The notes under the pieces are model-generated. The model was not told the DNA's origin. It was given only the letters and a program-made list of their open reading frames with translations, and did not search any database. Shown piece by piece: positions 8,174-17,600 of a DNA stretch of 32,000 nt. Made by a program: the position numbers and the translations under genes. Origin of the DNA: Candidatus Nanoclepta minutus (GTDB lineage: Archaea; Nanobdellota; Nanobdellia; Nanobdellales; Nanobdellaceae). The stretch is from assembly GCA_003568775.1 (NCBI GenBank), contig MWMI01000001.1, forward strand, positions 1 through 32,000, written 5' to 3'. Within the stretch, counting starts at the first letter, position 1. Every line of letters begins with the position of its first letter.

Positions 8174-8740
8174 TTAACTTATCTTCTTTACTATTTCATT
8201 CTCATCTATATTTTCTCCTACGTATTCAAAATAATTTCCGGATAACTTGTTTCTAGCTATCCTCAAAAGATTTTTTACTATACTAATGAAGTTTTCATTA
8301 TCAAAGTATATCGATAGTATAATATCCCCTCTGTATATCTGGGCAGCCCTATACTTCGGTTTTCCAAAGGAGAGCCTCATACCTTGTGAGATTCTGTCAG
8401 CAGCTACGCCCATACCACCGTATACTATTGGATGTTCCCTTACAACATGGTGAGGATATTTTCTAATTATGAAGAGGAAATTCTTTACTTCATTCTCAAG
8501 GTATTTCAACAGATTTATCCTAACAGCCTCAAGTGAATAATCGGAGATTTGTATATTCAACAAACTAATTAAATGACCTGCATATTTCCAATCCCTCAAT
8601 GGTCTATTAACTTCCCCCATTACCTGTACCCTTAACTTTGTAACTGGAGCACCTGGTATTCTGTTAAGTTTCTTTGAATATGAGAATCGCGTATAGGCCC
8701 TTTCTATTTGCCTAAATATTCTCCAAGGTCTCTTGGCCAT
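8174..8740 (-). CDS. rpl10e: 50S ribosomal protein L10e (uL16)
   Basis: MAKRPWRIFRQIERAYTR..., LEAVRINLLKYL, IRKYPHHVVREHP, GVAADRISQGMRLSFGKP. Confidence 0.9.
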   Translation of the reverse strand: MAKRPWRIFRQIERAYTRFSYSKKLNRIPGAPVTKLRVQVMGEVNRPLRDWKYAGHLISLLNIQISDYSLEAVRINLLKYLENEVKNFLFIIRKYPHHVVREHPIVYGGMGVAADRISQGMRLSFGKPKYRAAQIYRGDIILSIYFDNENFISIVKNLLRIARNKLSGNYFEYVGENIDENEIVKKIS

Positions 8741-9210
8741 TATATCATAGAAATCAATAAATTATTTATATCTTCCCCCCAATATCCATAAGCCCCTCCT
8801 TCTTTGTAACTATACTTTATCCCCTTTCTAGGATAACCCCCAGACGGTGGCTTTAATCTAAAGAATGGCTTTAGTCCAGGTATATCCTCTATCTCCATTT
8901 CAAGATTGAAGAATTTATTTACAAATTCATCTAGAGTTATTTTTAGGGTATTCTTCAAGTATTCTTCAGTAAACCTTCTATTTCTTGCCAATCTACCTCT
9001 CTTTAACAGTAGCTGCTTGAATACTTCCTTATTTATTTCTCCCCATGCCACCCAAGGCTCTACCTTCTTTATCATTCTTATAATCGAGGGATCCTTCCTA
9101 TATATGGCTGCTACATTAGTTTTCCTCAATTTAAGCAAATATAGAGTATCTCTTACTTCTTTAGAAGCTCCGACAATACCTCTTATTCTTATAACAACAA
9201 TCCTATTCAT
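8740..9210 (-). CDS. rpl30: 50S ribosomal protein L30 (uL30)
   Basis: VVIRIRGIVGASKEVRDTLYLLKLRKTNVAAIY, VAWGEINKEVFKQLLLKRGRL, FRLKPPSGGY. Confidence 0.9.
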   Translation of the reverse strand: MNRIVVIRIRGIVGASKEVRDTLYLLKLRKTNVAAIYRKDPSIIRMIKKVEPWVAWGEINKEVFKQLLLKRGRLARNRRFTEEYLKNTLKITLDEFVNKFFNLEMEIEDIPGLKPFFRLKPPSGGYPRKGIKYSYKEGGAYGYWGEDINNLLISMI

Positions 9211-9977
9211 TGTATAAATCCGAACCTTAATCCTGAAAGCCTAACATAGTCCTGTTTTATTCCATACTCCATAGTTTGCTTTAATGCCAAAAATGCTGCT
9301 CTAATAAAGTTTATCCTCCTTCTGGTTTGTCCAAAAGACTGCATCCAAACATCCTTTATTCCTGCCAATACTAAAAGCTTCTTTATTTCATCTGGAGCTA
9401 CTAATCCTGTTCCAAGTGGAGCTGGAATAAAGACTACCTCAACGGAACCAACCTTTCCCCTAACCTTGAAGGGAACTGAATGTGGATTTCCACATGCACA
9501 TTCCCATGCACCACATCCCCTACCTACAGGTATTATGTTCAACTTTGCCTTCCTAACCGCCTTCTGCATTGCTAACGGTATATCGTAAGATTTTCCTAAT
9601 CCAACACCAACGTATCCGTTTCCATTTCCAACTACAGCTAAAGCAACCCAAGAAGGTTTATCCCCTTCTGCTGTCTTCCTCCTAACCATCTTTACTATCT
9701 TTGGTCTTCTATATTTTCCGATTGACAATCCCAATCTTATGAAATCTATCTTTAAATCCGGTATGAAAAAGTCCACAATTTCTGGCTCTAATATTTTATA
9801 TCCATTTAGGAATATTTGTTCAATAGATCCTATCTTACCTTCTTTAACCATTTTTCCTAATCTAGTCTTAGGAATCCATTCACCTATCTTTTCTTTTGCT
9901 TCTTCTTGTTCTTCCTGAATCTTATTTAATGCTTCGTTTTCTTTCTCAATTATCTTGTTTTCTTCGTTTTCTACCAT
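9207..9977 (-). CDS. rps5: 30S ribosomal protein S5 (uS5)
   Basis: [45 protein letters not shown], and a C-terminal S5 domain. It overlaps L30 by 4 nt. Confidence 0.9.
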   Translation of the reverse strand: MVENEENKIIEKENEALNKIQEEQEEAKEKIGEWIPKTRLGKMVKEGKIGSIEQIFLNGYKILEPEIVDFFIPDLKIDFIRLGLSIGKYRRPKIVKMVRRKTAEGDKPSWVALAVVGNGNGYVGVGLGKSYDIPLAMQKAVRKAKLNIIPVGRGCGAWECACGNPHSVPFKVRGKVGSVEVVFIPAPLGTGLVAPDEIKKLLVLAGIKDVWMQSFGQTRRRINFIRAAFLALKQTMEYGIKQDYVRLSGLRFGFIQ

Positions 9978-10135
9978 TTTCTCTTAGCTTTGTAGGACCA
10001 ACTATAAGCCCTTATTTTAGAAGTCCTACCGAATCCACAGTGTGAACAGTATCCCTTATCTGGATTAAACGTTCTTCTACCACACCTTCTGCATATAGTA
10101 TGATTCCTTTTTGATCTTCCTCCAAGTACGGTCAT
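9971..10135 (-). CDS. rpl37e: 50S ribosomal protein L37e (eL37), 54 aa
   Basis: Below the ORF-track cutoff; hand translated: [54 protein letters not shown]. It carries the C-x2-C...C-x2-C zinc ribbon and basic tail of eL37. Its stop overlaps the S5 start (AAATGGTAG). Confidence 0.85.
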   Translation of the reverse strand: MTVLGGRSKRNHTICRRCGRRTFNPDKGYCSHCGFGRTSKIRAYSWSYKAKRKW

Positions 10136-10167
10136 GAATAGATGTAATATTAAACAATTTTAAAAAT

Positions 10168-11232
10168 ATGTATATTATGCTCACAATAATCCTCCCAACC
10201 TATAATGAGAGGGATAACCTCGAAGAGTTGATAAGGAGGATATTTCGGACATTAAAGGGAAAGGGCTTTGAGATAATTATCGTTGATGATAATTCACCAG
10301 ATGGGACTGCAGAATTTGCAGAAGAATTAGGAAAAAAATATGGCAAAATAATTGTAGTTAAAAGAAATAAAAAATTAGGAATAAGTTCTGCATTTTTAAC
10401 TGGTTTCTTGAAATCAAGGGGAAAATACATAATACTTATGGATGCTGACTTACAGCATCCACCAGAAAAGATTCCAGAAATTATAGATTATTTGGATAAA
10501 GGGTATGACCTAGTTATAGCTTCTAGATTTTTGAAAAAGAGCAGAATTTATGGATTAACTTTTTATAGAAAGTTAACTTCGATATTAATATCTTATTTTA
10601 TAAGGATATTTATACCAAAAATAAAGGTTAGGGATCCTTTATCTGGCTTCTTTGGGGTTAAAAGAGAAGTAATAGAACACGTTCATAAAAGGATAAAGTT
10701 TAAGAGAGGATTTAAGATTTTAATAGAGATATTAGCAAACTCAAATAACTTAAAAATCAAGGAAATTCCATTCGATTTTCAAAAGAGAAAATATGGAAAA
10801 AGTAAAGTAAATAATATAGTGGTTATAGAGTTAATTAAGCAGATAATTTACTATTCAGAAATATCAAGAATAATCAAGTTTTCATTAGTAGGATTCATAG
10901 GAACACTAGTTAATTTATTCTTCCTTCTTCTTTTAAGATCTTATGGTCTTGAACATTTTATAGCGAGTGCCATTGCAATAGAGATAAGTATAATGAACAA
11001 TTTCCTATTAAATAACTATTGGACCTTTTCCGATAGAGTTAACGGAAAGTTCCTTGATAAATTAATAAAGTATCATATACTATCCTCTCTTTCTTCGATA
11101 ATTCAGTACGTTACATCAAATATTATATTCTATTTTATTTATTCTAACAGCATAATTGCTCAAATAATTGGTATATTGTTGGGATACCTCATAAATCTAT
11201 TGGGCAGCTTTAAGATCGTTTGGAAAAAGTAA
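10168..11232 (+). CDS. GT2 polyprenol/dolichol-phosphate glycosyl(mannosyl)transferase fused to a GtrA-like membrane domain
   Basis: ILPTYNERDNLEELI, IIVDDNSPDGT, DADLQHPP (DXD region). The C-terminal ~125 aa have four hydrophobic helices in a GtrA-like pattern (KFSLVGFIGTLVNLFF...NNYWTF). An alternative start is at 10177. Confidence 0.85.
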   Translation: MYIMLTIILPTYNERDNLEELIRRIFRTLKGKGFEIIIVDDNSPDGTAEFAEELGKKYGKIIVVKRNKKLGISSAFLTGFLKSRGKYIILMDADLQHPPEKIPEIIDYLDKGYDLVIASRFLKKSRIYGLTFYRKLTSILISYFIRIFIPKIKVRDPLSGFFGVKREVIEHVHKRIKFKRGFKILIEILANSNNLKIKEIPFDFQKRKYGKSKVNNIVVIELIKQIIYYSEISRIIKFSLVGFIGTLVNLFFLLLLRSYGLEHFIASAIAIEISIMNNFLLNNYWTFSDRVNGKFLDKLIKYHILSSLSSIIQYVTSNIIFYFIYSNSIIAQIIGILLGYLINLLGSFKIVWKK

Positions 11233-11233
11233 G

Positions 11234-11306
11234 GGCCCGGGCCGGGATTCGAACCCGGGACCTTCGGGTCCACAGCCCGACGCCCTGCCGCTGGGCTACC
11301 CGGGCC
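11234..11306 (-). tRNA. tRNA-His (GUG) with genomically encoded G-1
   Basis: Minus strand: G-GCCCGGG-TA-GCCC-AGCGGCA-GGGC-G-TCGGG-CTGTGGA-CCCGA-AGGTC-CCGGG-TTCGAAT-CCCGG-CCCGGGC-C. The fold is a cloverleaf, G-1 lies opposite C73, and no CCA is encoded. Confidence 0.9.
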
Positions 11307-11466
11307 ATAATCATATAATATTCCCTAAGTTTATTTCTTTTTCACTAATAATTCTTCTAAAACATTTTAGCATACCTCAACTTTATAAAAATATATCACC
11401 CCGACAGTAAGAAATTCTTAATAAAATGATTGATAGCAGAATATCCAACTGCAAAGACCTTATATT

Positions 11467-11901
11467 TTATTTTGAGTTATTTGCATTCTCATATTTTTTT
11501 GGGTAATGTAGCAATATATTTAATACATCCCCATAATCCACTGGCACCACAATGGTTTTTTTGTTTACGATCGTTATAGGATCTGTTATATAAGAAAACT
11601 CTCTCCCATAAACCCAGCAATACAATCTATATCTTTCTACCTCCCTACGTACTTCATAATTTTTTCCATTAATCTCAATTAGTCTTTTTGTATTCTCTGA
11701 CTTATTAGGATCAATCACTGTGCATCCCATAATAATATCTTCTTTTGTATTTATGGATAATACAAGAACTCCTTCTCTATCTGACACTACTGTCTTTATC
11801 ACACTACCGTCATCAAACTCTTCTATCCTTACTATTTCAGCATCGGAATCCTTTTCCTTTTCTTTACGAGCTATGTCCTTTATAATCTCATCCAAGCTCA
11901 T
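11467..11901 (-). CDS. Hypothetical protein (144 aa)
   Basis: Track ORF with normal composition, lying between tRNA-His and hisS. No family recognised. Confidence 0.5.
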   Translation of the reverse strand: MSLDEIIKDIARKEKEKDSDAEIVRIEEFDDGSVIKTVVSDREGVLVLSINTKEDIIMGCTVIDPNKSENTKRLIEINGKNYEVRREVERYRLYCWVYGREFSYITDPITIVNKKTIVVPVDYGDVLNILLHYPKKYENANNSK

Positions 11902-11958
11902 AATATATTCCCCCGATTAATGTTTAAAAGTTTTACTACTATTCAATAATTATAATTG

Positions 11959-13233
11959 TTATCCACTTCTATTAGATATTTTTTTGTTTAATAGATTTAT
12001 TAGATCTTTTAAATCTACTTTTTCCCTTTTTTTAAGATATCTGTCCTGAAAAGTAACCATATTTTCCTTCAAATCCTCTTCTCCCACTATTATTAAATAC
12101 CTTATATCTTTACTTATTGCATATTCTATTTGTTTTTTAAATTTACTTCTCATTAAATCAATATATACCTTAAATCCTTCTTTTCTTAAATCATTGGCGA
12201 TATTCCATGCTTTTCTAAATGTATCTCCTATATAAATTACTGCTATCTCTGTATAAGTTTTCTTATCAACCTTAAATATTCCCAGATCTATCCCCAGATC
12301 CATAACCCTATTTATACCAACGGACCCCCCTACTGCAGGAACCTTTGAGCCAGCAAAGACTTCAATTAAATCATCGTACCTTCCCCCACCTCCCAGGCTT
12401 CCGGGATACCCATTATATACAACTTCAAATACCATACCCGTATAATAATCTAAACCCCTAACTAGAGATGGTTTATATATTATCTTATTCGAACCTGAGA
12501 GATCTATAATAGTTTTAATATCTTCAACGTATTCCTCAACCCCCTTAAATCTAGAAATGTATTCTAAAGCTTCCTTATCTTCTAAACTTATTAAATTTAT
12601 TATCCTTTCAACTTTATCTTTATCCAAAAATTCGAGTAATTCCCTTTTAACGTTTTCAAGACCTACTTTGTCCAACTTATCAATTATCCTATAAACCTTT
12701 GATCTGTATTCAATACCAAAACCCGAAAAGATTGTATCCATTATCCTCCTATCGTTTATCAATATCCTAAAGTCCCTAAATCCCAACCTTTCAAATACCT
12801 CATTGAATACCTTCAATATCTCTGCATCTGCTTCAGGATAAGGTGATCCCAGTATATCTACATCTGCCTGCCAGAATTCCCTATATCTTCCCTTCTGTGG
12901 TTCATCATATCTAAAGACCCTATCTATAGTATACCTCTTAAAAGGTAATAATGGCCTGTATTTTGCGTAATATCTAGCTAGAGGAACTGTATTATCGTAT
13001 TTAAGGGCATACTCTCTTTCGGAAAATGGTAACTTAAACCTCCATATTAATTTATTCTCCGCTTCCTCTCCATATTTTCCTTTTAAAGTATCCCAATATT
13101 CAACTATTGGTGTGGTTATTGGTTCATATCCGTATTTTTGAAATATGTCTTCAATCTCCGAAACTATTTTCTTTCTAATTATTTCAAGTTCTACAGTAAA
13201 ATCCTTTGTACCCTTAGGTGTACTTAAATCCAT
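11959..13233 (-). CDS. hisS: Histidyl-tRNA synthetase
   Basis: GTKDF near the N-terminus, class II motif 2 RYREFWQADVDILG, GGGGRYDDL (motif 3 region), and a C-terminal anticodon-binding domain. Confidence 0.92.
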   Translation of the reverse strand: MDLSTPKGTKDFTVELEIIRKKIVSEIEDIFQKYGYEPITTPIVEYWDTLKGKYGEEAENKLIWRFKLPFSEREYALKYDNTVPLARYYAKYRPLLPFKRYTIDRVFRYDEPQKGRYREFWQADVDILGSPYPEADAEILKVFNEVFERLGFRDFRILINDRRIMDTIFSGFGIEYRSKVYRIIDKLDKVGLENVKRELLEFLDKDKVERIINLISLEDKEALEYISRFKGVEEYVEDIKTIIDLSGSNKIIYKPSLVRGLDYYTGMVFEVVYNGYPGSLGGGGRYDDLIEVFAGSKVPAVGGSVGINRVMDLGIDLGIFKVDKKTYTEIAVIYIGDTFRKAWNIANDLRKEGFKVYIDLMRSKFKKQIEYAISKDIRYLIIVGEEDLKENMVTFQDRYLKKREKVDLKDLINLLNKKISNRSG

Positions 13234-13296
13234 AGAATGATTAATGTTTCATCCTTCAAATATTTTTTAAACATATCACTCTATAAGGGATTTATA

Positions 13297-13749
13297 ATGA
13301 CTGCGAGAAGAAGAAAGAAGTATAGAAAATATTTGGGAAAAAGGTATGCTAGAAGGGGATATAACGATAGGAATAGGGGAGCTGGAAATAGAGGTGGAAG
13401 GGGAATGTCTGGATGGAGATTTAAGAAACAAAAAAGGATAGCATTCGAGAAATATTACAAACAAATTATAGAAGATAAAAAAGGATTTACTACTCCAAAT
13501 CTGAAAAGGGATATTACAGCAATAAATATTGGGGACTTAGAAGAATATTTCGAATATCTATTGGATAATGGAATAGTATCAATGGAAGATGAATATTATG
13601 TAATAAATTTAATGGATTTAGGTATTGAAAAATTATTAGGAAAAGGAGATATCAGTAGGAAAGTAAAAATATTGGTAAAGAAAGCATCAAAGAATGCTAT
13701 AGAAAAGATAAAGGCTAAAGGAGGAGAAGTTATAATATTAGAGCAATAA
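13297..13749 (+). CDS. rpl15: 50S ribosomal protein L15 (uL15)
   Basis: MTARRRKKYRKYLGKRYARRGYNDRNRGAGNRGGRGMSG..., KLLGKGDISRKVKILVKKASKNAIEKIKAKGGEV. The track starts at 13237, but that extension (MINVSSFKYFLNISLYKGFI) covers the divergent hisS promoter. A TATA-like TTTTTTAAAC lies ~29 nt upstream of the ATG at 13297. Confidence 0.88.
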   Translation: MTARRRKKYRKYLGKRYARRGYNDRNRGAGNRGGRGMSGWRFKKQKRIAFEKYYKQIIEDKKGFTTPNLKRDITAINIGDLEEYFEYLLDNGIVSMEDEYYVINLMDLGIEKLLGKGDISRKVKILVKKASKNAIEKIKAKGGEVIILEQ

Positions 13750-14195
13750 TGGACCTATCCTTACAAAAGAGGCTTGCTGCAGAAGTATTAGGTGTTGGTG
13801 AAGATAGAATATGGATAGATCCTAAGAAAGCTGATGAAGTTTCAAAGGCTTTAACTAGAGAAGATATTAGAAAGCTTATAAATGAGAAAGTAATCAAGGT
13901 AAAGGTTATCAGTGGCCAATCAAGGTATTGGAGCAATGTTTTACATCAACAAAGAAAAAAGGGAAGAAGGAGAGGATATGGATCCAGAAAAGGTAAGAAA
14001 TCTGCTAGGATGGGGGAAAAAGAAGAATATGTTACAAAAGTTAGATCAATGAGGAATCTAATAAGGACATTGAAGTCGAAAGGTATTATAGATAAGCATA
14101 TATATAGGAACCTTTATAACCTAATTAAAGGAGGTGCATTCAAAAGTAAAAGACATATCCTCCTATGGCTGAAAGAAAAAAGAATCATAAAATAG
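13749..14195 (+). CDS. rpl19e: 50S ribosomal protein L19e (eL19)
   Basis: LSLQKRLAAEVLGVGEDRIWIDP, and a KKGRRRGYGSRKGKK basic stretch. TAATG overlap with L15. Confidence 0.9.
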   Translation: MDLSLQKRLAAEVLGVGEDRIWIDPKKADEVSKALTREDIRKLINEKVIKVKVISGQSRYWSNVLHQQRKKGRRRGYGSRKGKKSARMGEKEEYVTKVRSMRNLIRTLKSKGIIDKHIYRNLYNLIKGGAFKSKRHILLWLKEKRIIK

Positions 14196-14302
14196 TTGCT
14201 TTTTTTCTTAATAAATCAATATTATTTTATTTTTGAAAAAACAAGTAGAAAATTCCTTTATAAAGCCTGAAACTTTATAACCTTTTATTACATTCCCTAT
14301 AT

Positions 14303-14506
14303 ATGGTAGCTAGACCATCTCCAGTTAAAGATGCCCTTAAAAATAAATTAGCAAAAGGCGTAGCTGAAAACGAACTAAACAACGTTATAGAGTCTGTAGC
14401 TAAAGAAGTTGGAAAACAACCAAGAGTAATTAAAGCATTGTTTAGCAGATATCTGAAAGCCGGATTAATAAAGAAGGAAGGTAATAGATATATCTGGTCT
14501 CAATAA
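14303..14506 (+). CDS. Small hypothetical protein (67 aa), possibly winged-helix-like
   Basis: Track ORF with TATA-like CTTTATAA ~26 nt upstream. The C-terminus ...RYLKAGLIKKEGNRYIWSQ is reminiscent of a wHTH wing. The family assignment is weak. Confidence 0.4.
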   Translation: MVARPSPVKDALKNKLAKGVAENELNNVIESVAKEVGKQPRVIKALFSRYLKAGLIKKEGNRYIWSQ

Positions 14507-14595
14507 GGCCTTAGTTATTAAATTTTTTGTTATAAATTTATTCATAAATTTTTTACAAAAAATATTAAATTAATTCTAAAAGAAAACATATATAT

Positions 14596-14670
14596 GCCCC
14601 CGTCGTCTAGTCAGGTCTAGGATACGGGGTTCTCGTCCCCGAGACCCGGGTTCAAATCCCGGCGGGGGCA
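14596..14670 (+). tRNA. tRNA-Glu (CUC)
   Basis: GCCCCCG...CGGGG-TTCTCGT-CCCCG-AGAC-CCGGG-TTCAAAT-CCCGG-CGGGGGC-A. The fold is a cloverleaf with anticodon CTC, and no CCA is encoded. Confidence 0.9.
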
Positions 14671-14677
14671 TATTTAA

Positions 14678-17600
14678 CTAATTCTCCTCAATAGATCTGT
14701 TTATGGCCTTTAATTCATTATAAACTGCATCATATAAACTTTCCAATAAATCTATGATCTCATCATCATTAAATCCAAGGATTTTGAGTATTGTATAGTC
14801 TATCCTCATTCTCGCATACATACCAGGATCTACTTTCCTTAAATAATTGAATATTTCCTCCCAATTTTTATCTCTATATTTTCTTATATAATCTAAACCT
14901 TCCTTCATTTGTTTTATTATACTTGGAAAATCTACATATTTTATTTCTTCGAATAAATCTAAAAGAACCTGCTTTTCATGATCTGAAAGCTTATCTATAT
15001 TCAGAATATAAGTTTGTAATAGATCCTTCTCCATAAATTCTGTGTAAGTTCCTGTAGTCTCTTTTATCAATTTCGTTATTTCATATAAGAAGATAATAGA
15101 GTTCAAAAAAATTGTAAGAATGGCTGCATCATATTTATTCCTAATTTCATTGAATATTATGAAAGCGTCTGTTGCAACAAACCTATTATCAGAGCATATT
15201 GCTATTATATGGGTATTTTCACTGGCTAAGCCTATCCTTCTTTGTAAAGCCACATAAGTTAAGCTATTATTTGCACTTTCTTTTATTCTAGACCAGTCGA
15301 ATTTATTCTTACTTTTCCAAAACATCTTAATTAAAGTTTCACTACCCCTATATGGCCCTATAATTATGTAATCGTATTTTTCTTCACTTAAAAATATGTT
15401 CTTTATATCGGTAAGCGTCCTTAGCGCGGGTAATACTTGATCACAGCTTAACCTAAAATTCATTGAACCATCCTTCGATCTAACGAAGATGGATATTGGA
15501 TCCTTTTTATCTAATAGAAGGTAAGCTCTCTTTATTCTATTTTTATCAAAAGGATTAGTCACAAAAACGATCTTTGATTTTCCACCGGGAGTTGTTGGAA
15601 ATCCGAACTTTGTCCAGTTTTCTCTTATTTTTACCAATTTATCCGTTGCTTTCTCTAGTATTTCTTCCATCAAATCTTCCTCTAATCCCTTTTCCTTTAA
15701 TAAAGGCATTAAGTTATTTCTATACTTTCTTAAAACTTCATATTTTATGAAATAAACATCATAAAAACCATTTGGATCAGAATACTGATATAATACCCCT
15801 TCCCTAGCTTTTTCATACAGTGATCTTAAATCCTTAACGATCCTCCTAGCTTCCTCAATTGTAAACTCAGAACTTCTAATAGATTTTTTTATAAAAACTA
15901 TTCCAGTTATATCTTCATCCCTAGGATTCCTCTTACTAGCTATAAGCAATATATCCCTAAATGCTGCCGCTTCTGAAAAAGCTAGATCTGTAAAAGGCTT
16001 TATAATCCACTTTATATGATACCTGTCTAAGAAAAAATCCCTTATTTTTTCTGTGGCTGCACCCCTAGCAAAATTTATTGGTATTACTGCCCCAATCTTC
16101 CCATTATCCTTCAATAGAAAATGAGCCAATGCCAAAAAGTATACCCATAGATTTGCCCTTCCCCCAACATTTTCTCTAATGAAAGCAAATTGATTATTAA
16201 GATGCCTCAGCTTCTCTTTGTATTCCTCAGGAAGCTTTTCATAATCAGAGAATGGGGGATTCATGATAACAACATCGAAAGGCCTAATTGAAAAAGTATC
16301 TATATTTTTTACCGGAAATCCCTCAAATATTTCCTTCAACCTATCTAAAACATAATTTGAAATCCTCCCTTTTCTAATAACTATCGCTAAATTAAATCTT
16401 CCCTTTTCCTTTAATTTCCTAAAAACGTTCTCCAACTTATTAACATTCTCATTTTCTATCCCTAAAATTGCTATAAGACTATTAGAAAGGTCTATACTTT
16501 CATCATTAATACTAAAAATCTTATACCCTTCCTCTCTTAATTTATTTGATATTTGAAGTTCCGCATCTGCTGTATCTACAGTATAAATAATTATATTCAC
16601 TTCTTTTTCTTCTTTATTATTTAAATAACTCAATAAACTCTTTTGTTTACTTTTCAAACCTTTAATCACTTTTATTAGTTCTGAAGAAACAGTCTCTAAA
16701 ACCAAAGTCCAATCCCTTTCATTTACAGACATAAACTTACTTAAAACATTCAAAGAATCCTCAACACCGATCCTCAGACTGTTAGTTTCCACATCTATGT
16801 TTTGAAGGGATAGGTTCATGGCAGCGATATGGGCAGCAAACGGCATTATATCTATACCTGTAATATCGCTCTCAACAAACTTCTTATGTAATCTAACTTC
16901 ATCTTCAACTGAATTTATCCGATATAGTTCCTTTTTAGCATTATAGGCAGCAACTAATAATGTTCCAGAACCACAAGCAGGATCTATAACGGTTTCATTA
17001 TAATTATCTATAGTTAAACCTGCCAATATTTCTGCAGCAATTGGGTGGGTATAAAAAGTTGCAAAAACTTTCCTAGTTCTAAAGGGCAATATTTCATGAT
17101 AAACCCTTCCCAACAAATCTTGTGGTATCTTCCAGACTGGATTAGCATTAAGGACGTTAATAATATTATTAACAACGTTAAGAAGCTCTTTATCATTGGG
17201 GAGTTTCTCAAAAATGTTAATACTATAGATCGCCTTAAAATCTATTTTTAAAATCTCATCAAAATATTTTTTCAACTCAAAGAAAGAAGAAATTTGCTTT
17301 AGTTCTGGCAATTTTCCTCTAGACCTTTTAGAATAGAGATAATAGAATAGAATTTGATTAACTAAAATAAAAGCCAACAAGTCTACTATCGCAGCCCTAT
17401 AGTCCTCTTCTTCCAAAAGATCTATATTATCTCCTTCCTTAGCACCCAATAAAGATTTAAACAATGAAATATCCCCAACTAAATTAACTAGAGCCTTGGA
17501 AGATTGAGATAAATAGTATGTTCTAAGTATAAAAGCCAGTTCATTTATGTATTCCTTTAAAAGCCTAACTATAGATTCTGGATTTACAAATATTTCTTTC

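Noticed and set aside
13237-13296. 20-codon N-terminal extension of L15 in the track (MINVSSFKYFLNISLYKGFI)
   Set aside because: It starts 4 nt from the divergent hisS start codon and would cover both promoters. It is hydrophobic and unlike uL15, and the ATG at 13297 has a TATA-like box at the proper distance.
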